NCBI GenBank assembly: GCA_965112155.1
Contig: OZ218100.1
Reading direction: 5' to 3' (one strand)
Source of the DNA: Podarcis liolepis
Taxonomy: Eukaryota
DNA: 64,000 nt
Shown here: piece after piece, positions 12,338 through 23,100 of the stretch
Layout of the letters: every line of letters begins with the position of its first letter
How positions within the stretch are numbered: the stretch's first letter is position 1
Made by a program: the position numbers and the translations under genes
The notes under the pieces: generated by a model
The model's database searches: none
What the model saw: only the letters and a program-made list of their open reading frames with translations
What the model was told of the DNA's origin: nothing

Positions 12338-13062
12338 AGGACCAGGTGTGCAACCTGGGGGTCATTTTGGATTCACAGCTGCCCATGGAGACACAGGTTA
12401 ATTCTGCATCCAGGGCAGCTGTCTACCAGCTCTACCTGTTACATAGGCTGAGACCCTACCTGCCTGCGCACTGTCATGCCAGAGTGGTGCATACTCAGGT
12501 TATCTCCCGCTTGGACTACTGCAATGTGCTCTATGTGGGGCTATCTTTGAAGGTGACTTGGAAACTACAACTAATCCAGAATATGGCAGCTAGACTGGTG
12601 ACTGGGAGCAGCCACTAGGACCATATAACACCAGTCCTAAAGGATCTACGCTGGCTCCCGGCACATTTCCAAGCACAATTCAAAGTGTTGGCACTGACCT
12701 TTAAAGCCCCAAATGACCTTGGTTATGTATACCCAAATGAGCATGCTCACCCCCATCATTCAGCCCGGACACTGAGGTCCAGCTTCAAGGGCCTTCTGGC
12801 AGTTTCCTCATTGCAAGAAGTGAGGTTACAGGGAACTGGCCAGCGGGCCCCTGGTAGTGGGGCTCATACTGTGGAACACCTTCTCATCAAATGTTTAGAT
12901 AAATAACTATACAACTTGTAGAAGACACCTGAAGGCAGCCCTGTATAGGGAAGCTTTTTATGTTTGATGTATCTGTTTTTATATCTGTTGGAAGCTGCCC
13001 AGAGTGGCTGGGGCAACTCAGTCAAATGGGTACAGTACAAATAATAAAATTATCATTATTAT
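12338..13062 (+). mobile_element. L2 LINE 3' fragment
   Basis: NLGVILDS.L....QVN...RAA.YQL...SRLDYCN...QNMAARLV; AATAAT/ATT tail. Confidence 0.9.
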
Positions 13063-14881
13063 TAGGGAAACCTCTATTGACCGTTGAAAGCACAAGTTCT
13101 GTTAGAGTATAATTTCTACAGTACATACTCCGATTGTGAATTTCTAAAACAAGCAGTTTTGTTACTAATCTTCCTGCTTGATAAGCAGTATCATTATTTT
13201 GGAAACAACACTCTTATTAAAGCACAAAAGGGGGTATGAAATTGTTTTCTGAAATGGTTGTGCTTGCTCCTTAATTCACTGTGGGTATCATCTGCTGTAT
13301 CACACAAGTATTTTTAAAAGATGGATACAGTATTCAACTGAAAGGCTCTTTGACCCAGTGAAGCTTTTTAGCAGAACAGGGATCATAGGGATTTCTTCTT
13401 CCCCTGCCTGCCCCTTCAGAACAGCATGAGGAGCTGCAGGAGAGAGCGGGAAATCACCAATCATTGCCTGCATACTTGCTCCACTGAATCAATAGCCTCT
13501 TATCAGAGGATCCCCAAATCGATATATTCAGATCCCTTTCCCCCTTATAAGCATGTGACTTGCTTTCTTGTGATGTATGCAATTCCAGCTGTGATGCTGT
13601 GAAACATGGTACCTTCATTTTGAGAGGCAGGTTTTGTTCAAGTCACCACTTCAACAATGGAATTTCTTGTTTTAATGAGAAACAAATGCAATTACCATGG
13701 TTAATTACCCATGGTTTAATTTGGGAAGCCGCAGGCAAGTAAATTATTATATTTAAAATTCCAATTCTCATTCAAACTGCGGGTTCCTGTTTCATGGGGC
13801 TGCAGAACTTGTGAAGCAGTGTGGATGGGTATTATAGGTGTGATAAACAGGAACATTTTCCATGCGCCTAGGCCAACGAGAGTAGCCAGTTGGCATTTTT
13901 CACCATACTGAAGCTCGGTCAGCTTTTAAAAGGACAGAAATTCCCAGAATAGTGTTGCTGAGTGAATAACTTCTCAAAAGTGGCTTGGCTTTCCTACAAT
14001 GTTAGTTCTAAAACACACTTTTCATTGCAGCCAATTTATAGATTGTGACTCATCTGCCCTAATGTCACTGACCAGACACAATCTTTGTCAGACTGAGCAA
14101 ACGAGGGGGGTTGGGAGCAAGCAAGTAATTTCCTTGGCTTCCTTTTTCTCCCAGCGTGGGATCTTTTTTTCAAGCCTACGTTTATAGTACATGACCATTC
14201 TCGTAAACAACTTTTATGTTCCAGGCAACCAAAAAAGGAAGAAAAAGGCTGGTTGTACCAGCGGATGCGTTGCAGGCCAAGTCCAGCTCCTTGAAACGGT
14301 CAAAACTCTTGTTGTGACTGAACCAGCAGCTTAGAGCTTAGACAAACACACACATATATTGCTTATTTGTACTAAGTTTTAGCTCAGATATTCTTTGCCT
14401 TATGCATAACGATGTTAGAAAAAGATGCTTAAACAGAAATAAACATGATCTTAAAAATCTGTAAAGAAGTCTAAAGCAGCTTAAAGATAGCTACATCCAT
14501 CACCCCAATAAAGTGAGGCATCCATGTTTACATGCCATCCATGCACAAGCTTTAGCTCTAGCAACCAAAGGGAAACTGCCAAGCCTCTGAGCCTCAGGGA
14601 GGACTAACACTAAATCAAGGGCAACAATCATAAAACAACTCAGAATATGTCCCCAAAGTCTGCTTTGGAAAGATTAAGTGGCATGGGGTGGCATGGGATC
14701 TGCCAAATGGATTTATAATCCAGCGTTTTCTTCACAGAAAACCCATGCGTTACAGCACAATCCTTTACTTGTGTACTCAGAAGCCATTGAGTTCAATGGG
14801 GCTTTCTCTTAGATAGGTATATGATTACATCCTTAAGTAACTTATCCCCATTTTACAAAGGAAGAATCACAATCTGCAATC

Positions 14882-16151
14882 TTTAATAAAATAATAAGAT
14901 ACTAAATACAGATAGTAAAATAACATCTGTATATTTAAAAGAGCAGATCAATCACCAGAATCTATTCTACAGGGGTGGCCAACGTAAGAATAACCAAGAT
15001 TCCTAAGCCTAACAGCTCCATACAAAAACAAACAAAGCCGTATGGCTGATAAACACAGGACACACCTCAATTATGTCTGTTCTGGGACCCTGCTCTCAAT
15101 CGTTGGGCATTCCCAATAATCCCTGCTAACACTGTTTCTAGAGAATGGGCATGGCTAAATGATTCATCTCCACTTTCCTAACAAACTCCAGTTCTGTGGA
15201 ACCAATGTAAAGAATTTCCAGGGTAGGTTCATATGCTATCACAGTATTCTGCGATGGTATGCAAGTCTCTAGGCTCCAATATGTTGATTTTGGTTAGGTT
15301 AGGGGTGGGGAACCTTTTTTGGTTCAAGGACCACAATCACTTTAGGGTGGGGGAAAGGATATGAGTGTGATGAATGGGGCCAAATGCAAAAGTAGGTGGA
15401 GCAATGCATGCAAATTTTAACTTTGTGCAGTACACATACTCACACACCTCTTTCTATCCTTCATCCACCGCAAGCAAAAGGCACTACTGCAGCTCAAAGA
15501 TATGCATACCAGCAAGTGAAAACACTCAAGGGGTGTGGCCAGAATGTACTTGTGTGGTGTGGAGAGACCTTGAAGAGCCAGACAATGAGACTTGGAGAGC
15601 TGTATTTAGTCCCCAGGACTGAAGTTAAGTGCTATTTGCAGGGAAATGAAGTTGGAACTGAGCCCTGTGTAAAAATATTATTCCTTCCACATGTGGGTTC
15701 CACTTCAACCATCTTTCTGCTTAATAAGAGACCTCCAAGGCAGCAAACAATAAGTAAAGATTAAGGACATACAAACACCTCCCACACACTCCAAAAGACA
15801 GTTGTGATTGATGAAAGCTCAGATGCTGCAGGAAGATAAGTATGCAAAATACCTGTTTGAGAGGTGTACTTGAAAGTGATGGCCCAAGCAAGCCACGTGG
15901 ATGTTACTTCTAATATGCAGTCCCATGTGAAGACATACTATGAAAAATCCCCTCTTAACAGGAGTATTCCATACAAGTATTTGTCTTATTGTCTTATTGA
16001 ATCTCAGTTTGAGTTTGACAATTTGATTTTTCAGTGTTGAAAACACATCTGTTAGCATTAACATTTGCCCTGTGATGTAATTCTGTTAGGCTGCTAAATT
16101 GATTAACAGATATCAAGTGAGCTACACAAGAGGAAGCTTTACCAGTTTAAT
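14882..16151 (-). terminator. Candidate SHPRH polyadenylation signals (ATTAAA at 16151-16146 and 14887-14882)
   Basis: Variant hexamers followed on the minus strand by U/GU-rich sequence, 0.9 and 2.2 kb past the stop codon. Confidence 0.4.
15300..15625. mobile_element. Degenerate hAT (Charlie-like) non-autonomous element
   Basis: Begins AGGGGTGGGGAACCTTTTT, typical hAT TIR; decayed opposite end. Confidence 0.45.
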
Positions 16152-17052
16152 AGGATACAAGAATCCAAAATTTAAACAAGAATGTTTAAAAATCTATCAA
16201 ACAGATGTTTTCAGCTATTATTTCAAGACAAAAGATCATACAAAAGACATAATTTATCAAGAGAAGAGCAGACATTAACAGCAAACGTTTAAATATAAAC
16301 AAGCAAATTATTTTCAGATTTCTATAACATAATATCACAGCATAAATAACTAGAAAATGATTACAAATGCCAAAGTGGTGTCTAAAAATTAGTAGCTAGG
16401 ATTAACTGGTAAAACCTGCATGATAATATGTCAGCACCGCTAGAAGCCCTTTCTGAAAAAAGATTTGCTTACTGACTAACTTATTTTAGTAATTAATTCT
16501 AGGAATATAATGAAGGCAAAAGAATTGCTTCATGATTTTCACACTCTTTTCTGCCATGCAAAGCTTTCTTTCCTCAATGTCTTGTCAAACACCTTGAGCA
16601 AACAAGTCTCATGTCGGTTTAGGAATGTCAGGGATAACTCAGATGTACATCTGAGTATGGATACTATCTACCCATACTCCTTGCTTTCAGTGGCATGTGA
16701 ATCCCCATCCATTTTCTGGCACAACTAGTCATACATTTTAAAAAAAATAATCACAAAACAAAAGCTGTACTGGGGTGTTCATGTTCTTTGGAAGTGCAAA
16801 GCTATACTTAATGTAGTGCTTGTGTAAAGTGCAAGTTTTCTTCTTAACAGAAATGTGCTGGAGAAATCCACAACCACATAACTTAGTGGAAACTGTTAAA
16901 AAGACTTATCAGTTCATGGAAGCCTAATAAGGGTGGGTGTTTAGTGACATCTACAGGAACCTCTGAACAGTTAGCTATTTCTGTTGTGTTGCTTTGAAAA
17001 CAAGTGGGTTATGGCCCTCTTCTGGTCTCAAAAGAGCATGAAATCCATTGCT

Positions 17053-17149
17053 TCATTCAAGTTCTTCAGTTTCTGCTGAGAAAAGGTCTGCGAGATCAGC
17101 TACTGTTAACACAGAGGCCTCCGACTGCTTCATGGAAGAACTAGAGTGG
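17053..17149 (-). CDS. SHPRH: SHPRH exon 30 (last coding, TGA at 17055-17053)
   Basis: [32 protein letters not shown]. Confidence 0.93.
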
Positions 17150-20100
17150 CTTTGGGGGATGAGGGAACATCGGAGGAGAGAAAGGAAAAATACATTTTAA
17201 AATATGAGAAATGTAGCTCACATCTACATTCATTAAATATAAGAGGCAGCTCTACTAAAGAGGTTGCAATGATCATGGTTGAAAAGGAGAGTCTCAAAAG
17301 CACAGCACTGGGTTTTAAAGGTGGACTAAGCTGTCTATTTACCTGAAGAAAATAGTCAAAAGTAGGTTTGCAAGGACAAGCTGCTTGTGAGCTGTTTTCT
17401 TTCTAAGCCAGTGTTTTGCTTTAGTCATTTTTGTATTATCAAGGTTCACAAAATTAAGTTGTGAAAGTTGCTAGAATTTTATATGCAAAAAAAAAGAATT
17501 TTATATTTTTATTGAAACAGCTTTTGTGTATTTAAATAATCTTATGAGAGTTGTTATCGACATGCTATGTTACCTACAAAAGATGGTAAAAAACCAACTT
17601 AGATTGCTCTATTATTGTAAAAGCAGACTTACAGAAAAGGCCGATTTGTGCTTGTGAATGGTAAACAGGTATATAGTTCTCCACCTGTAACAACCTGCGT
17701 TGATTTTTGTGCACACTGCTTTGCATGTTACCTGACAATCTGGGCTCGTTATGAATATCAGACAGTACAAAATTTCAAAGTAAATTCACTCTGTCTTAAT
17801 TTTGTTTGGAAAAATGTCCCCAAGCTCTTCAGTTCCAGTAGCCTGAAAATAATGCCAATGAGGAGTAAAGTTTGAACGTATGTGATGGCAAACCGCCTCA
17901 CTAGTTTAGATTATAGGGCTTTCTACATACATGAAAGATCTGGAAATACATACAAATCAAAAGGACAAAGAGAACCATTACCATAGGATGAGTTTATATC
18001 TAAGTGTGCATGCAGTTACTTACTGCCTAGGATTCAAATGTTTGATCCTTAGGGGAACTCTTCTGCTGTAGGGGTTTGATTTCCACAATACTTCAAAGGG
18101 CTTTATTTTGCTTGGGGAAAGCAATATTTTTTGGGCAACAAGCCCACTTGTTGCATTTGTGAGTACTGTGTAGAAATTCATTATCATTTGTGACTGCAGA
18201 AATATCACTTGCATAATGCCTCCCCTTGCACCATAATACATTTTTCTTAACATTTTTTTCTGGCTTCTAACACCATGCATATCTATTCAGAAGTAAGTCC
18301 TACTGAGTTCACTAGGACTTACTTACATAGCAGTAAGTGTCTAGGATTTCAGTTTCTATGTCTGGGGTAGCTGCCCTTGCAAATTTGAATACAAATTTGA
18401 AAAATGAAATATTGTATAGACAGGCTTTACTTACCTCCTTTCTACAGTTTTCAGCATTGTCTGCATTCTTTCTTCAATTGTTGCTTTGATTAAGAATCTA
18501 TGAACAATTGTGGGCCTGATTTTTTTTTCGGGAAAGAAAAGACTATTCAGCACACGTTGTTACACTTACAGGGATATCCCTTACAAGTTTACGCAGTAGA
18601 TCACTTTGTTCAATGGGCTTACTCCCTAGAAAGGGAGTTTAGGATTACAGCCTTCATAGTCTTTATTGTTTATAATAGCTCCAACAACAAGCATGTGATG
18701 TGTATTATAAACCACTTATGTTTCAGAAAATGCTAGAATTATAATGTAGCTTTAGGACAATACTGGCTACAGAAATTTTGACAGGTGTTGACCAGCCAAT
18801 GTCATTATGAGATCAGGTTATTGGCAAGTGGTTGGTTCTGCTGGTACTTCCTGTTTCTACTGACCTGCCACTTACTCTCAATTTATTGCTGTAAGCTATG
18901 TGAAATCCTAATGCTGCATTTATTTAGTTAATTTATCTCATAGAATTTATATACCACTTAACTGTAGAAAACCTCAGAGTGGTTATACATACACTGCATT
19001 CAGTGGCAGTTAGGTGAGCCCAAAACAGTTTTGATCCTTACTTAGTTTGCCCAATGCGGTGCACTCTGCCAATGGCCTGTAGCTCATGTGCTGGATTCAA
19101 GATAGGTTCTACTAGGAGGACATGTGTTGCCTCAATAATATTCAATCCATTCGAGCCAGTATGGAGAGGCAATAACAATATGTTGATCTTGGGATCATAC
19201 TTAAATGCAGATAGATTTTCCTGAAAGGCAAAATAAAGAATAATATTCAAAACTTCACCAGCTCCCTGTATATTTAAGAACAAATTCAGTTGCTATAAAG
19301 TGTGACAGACCAGTGACACTTGAATCCTAAATTCTTTACAGAGTGGACCTGAGAGGTAATGGTGCACATACATCAATAACTCTCTCCTGTTAACAATGAC
19401 TATAACTATTCCTTCCCTTGCAGCTCTGGAAGAATAATTTTCCCTCCTCACTTCCCTGCGGTTAAGCAGCTCATCACCACTGCAGCAAAGGACCTGAAGC
19501 TAGTCAGAAGGGGTTTCAAAGCTTGCATGAAATGGAACCCTTAGCCACTGTTAACTTCACAGCAGCGATGAACATGAACAATGGGTGATTAAATTTTAAT
19601 CCCACGTTATAAACCAAAATTGGCTCCCTAAGCAGACACATGACTAATTAAAATCACTGTAAATAATTAAAGCACAATAAACAGTTTTAGGCTAGATGTG
19701 ATGTGAGAGTGTTGAGACAGAGAGAGCAGGTGTGCACTACACCTGAGCACAGGTATGCGGGAAGGGTGCCTGGGCATGAAGTACAGCTGCAGATGTATTC
19801 AGGCATGATAGAGGGTTGCCTGGCTGCTGCCTCCTTTCTTTCTGATGACCTCAGAGATTAAATGTGCTAGGTGGGAATGAGGGGGCTTTTCAGATGGAGC
19901 TTGGTCCAGACACAATTTGGGGGGAGGGTGTTTACATGCACATTCCCGAGTTATTTTGACTTGCTTAGCTGCAGTTAACAGGGAGTGGGCATTCTCTTTC
20001 TAGTAGCTCTGAAATTAGCCTAGCTCTCTGACAGTTTAATTCTTTTTATTTTTGCGCCAAGCAAGTGCTAGGTGCTATCAGCTCAAATACAATGTCACAG

Positions 20101-23100
20101 TCTTCTGATTATTCCTTCAGCACAAGCATTTCAGCTTGCCAGATGGAACAATCTTCCCTGTTCTCCCTACCTCCTAGTTCTGGGAATTTGCCTGCCCCCC
20201 CCCCCCAATTTTGGGGGCATAGGAGGAAGCTCCGTTGTGCAAGCAGAAACCCTTGAACAGGGCTTCTGCTAATGGGACTTGTTAGGTGAATCCTGTCTCA
20301 ATATATTCCGGCAGACGTCTGTCCTCTGAAATCCTCATAATGATACTCTCAAGACAAAGCAAAGGATTAGATTACAATCAGTGAGCAGTTGAAGAAACAT
20401 ACCTGAAATTTGTTAATTCCATTGATTTGAGCAAACTCCATGCTATTATCATATAGCGCTTTTGCAATGATATCGAGCACATCTTGCCACTATAAAATAA
20501 AAAGAAGATATTTCCATATTACAAACAAGATGGTACTTATCAGAGCACCCAGCATCTAAAATAGGTGGGAAGAAAACTAGAAGATACACTTTCCCATGTA
20601 TCCTAATTTCATCTTAACTTAAAATTATCTTCATTAGCTATACCATCACCCAATCCAAACAGCTTTGAGGTGTGTGTGTGTGCATTTACAATCGAGCAGT
20701 AAACAAAATGTATGAAATAAACAATCTAGCTATATACCACCTTTTGAATAATGTATGTTTTAATTATTAAAACTTTTAGATATACCGTTGAGAAAACTAG
20801 GGATTTGGCTCCTGGATCTTTGAACTGGATTTTCTTTAGAGTCCTGACCACAGCTTCCACTTTGGTGGAATGACTTCCCTTTGAAAAAGAAGAAATTGAA
20901 GATTATCTTTCCTTTATATAGTTCACATCTGATTAAAGTCATTCAGTAACACTGTGTGTTGATATGTTTGTTTACATAAATATATACAGTGAAATTTGCC
21001 ATAAATGATTTCCATAAAGAAATCTATCCTATTTTTAAAAGTTATGCATAAACATTGTAAGCATTTCGCAAAAATGTTATTCAAATAGAAGTTCCTCCAT
21101 GTGATTTTTTTTTTAATTAAAAGTAATTAGTTGCAGACTGAGGTGCAGTGGAGCACAAGGTGTGAGTGGAGTGGGCACACGTAAAGTAACACAAAATAAG
21201 ACACAGGACAGCAGTACTGGGATTAAATGAGACCACAACTTTTAATGACTACAGATGTAAGAAGGTTTTGGTGTAGGAATTGGGTGTGTATATTGAAATC
21301 CAATCAGCCCAATGGCTGGTTGATGGTTGGAGGCACTATAAATATCAACAGATTAATCAGTATGTTCTGCTATCTAAAGAACTATAAACTTCACAAAATC
21401 AAATTCAACTACCAGCAAGTTCCAACTGCCCATAAATAAAATCTCAGTGATTAAAATGGTTTTTTTTTTAAACGGACTGCTGCCATTTATTTATTCAGAA
21501 CATTTGTTGAATGTTTGAAGTTCTTGGGTGGTTTACAGAAAACTCAGTTCAAACATAAACATACTAAAACATTAAAAATCAGTCATTTGGTTTCCCTCCT
21601 AAAAATCTAGGTTTGTTGCCAGTCAGCATGCCATCTAAACTTTCTTCCAAGTAAGAAAAATGTAAATACTCTTACAGGATGATTAGAAACTTGTATCAAT
21701 ATAAAAAGTTTCCATCTGTATGACAGTTTACCTTCACAGGTATATCATCTTCTTGGTTTGCTGCCTCTGCAGTGAAGACATAGGAGATTTCTTTATGTGA
21801 TGTTGTTTGTCTGCAGATGGCACACTTGATTGAACTTCTGCGGGTGCCAACACTGTACTGTTCTATAATAATAGCTATACACTCATTGCAGAAGCAATGT
21901 CCACATGTCAACACTGCCCACTAGAGGGAGAAATAACAGCAAGTAAGTGCAAAGACATATGAGATGTTGGAGTTCACATGCAAACATGACAATACATTAG
22001 AACTAAGTAGAAATTTGTAATTTTTAAACATTCGAATTTAAGTTCCCAGAAGAAATCCATCTACAATGCTGGTTGCAATTAATATGTACACATTATTTAA
22101 GGATACTAAAGGCATGAATCAGGGAAGAAGCCATTAGTGATGTTGCTACCCCATACTGTACACTGATCTCTGGAATAATCAGAAAAATCTCTCATATCTC
22201 TCTATCTATCTCTATAAATCTATATACAGTTGTACTTTGGTTGTCAAACGGCTTGGCTACCGAACAAATCAGCTCCCGAATGCCACAAACCCGGAAGTGA
22301 GTGTTCCGGTTTGCAAACGTTTTTTTGGAAGCCAAACATCCAACGCAGCTTCCGCGGCTTTTGATTGAGTGCAGGAAGCTCCTGCAGCCAATTGGAAGCC
22401 ACGCCTTAGTTTCTGAACCATTCTGGGAGTCAAACAGACTCCTGGAATGGATTAAGTACCACTGTATCTATATCTATAATCTATCTATCTAGCTATAAGG
22501 TACCACTGTATCTATATCTATAATCTATCTAACTATCTAGCTAGCTAGCTAGTTAGCTAGCTATTTACACACAAGGAGCTTTTGATTATAAAGTCAAAAG
22601 AAAGGTAAAAAACAAGGAGTTAGTAAAATGGATATAATTACAAATAGAGCATAAAAACACAACTTAAACCAATCTGGACCCTGTCATCAACATCAAGGGC
22701 CCTTCAGGTGTCTCTTCCGAAAGAAGTCCAGAGGGTGGCAACACAAGAAGGGGCCTTTTCTGTGGTGGTTCTCTGTGGAATGCTCTCCCCAGGGAAGTTT
22801 GGTTGGCACTAACTTTAAAAATATGAAATCTTAAGATCCTCTACAGAAAAATCCATAGGTGAATGTCTTACCTGTTTTCCCAGTTGCCGTGCACAAATTG
22901 GACATGGCTCTGGATTCACTCCTCCAGTTGTTTTATCCTGAGACTATGGAAGTATTAAAGAAAAACATTTTGGGTGAGGGAGTAAAAGTAAATTAATACT
23001 TAAAGTAATCTTACAAATCATTTGAAGCCGGAACAACTTTAAAGTGTGGTAAGTTTGGCAATTCATTATATAGGACCTGTTTGTAAGTATGTTAAAAATA

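Noticed and set aside
20778-20785. Donor GTATATCT after exon 26 as a possible U12 intron
   Set aside because: Does not match the U12 consensus GTATCCTT; treated as an ordinary U2 donor.
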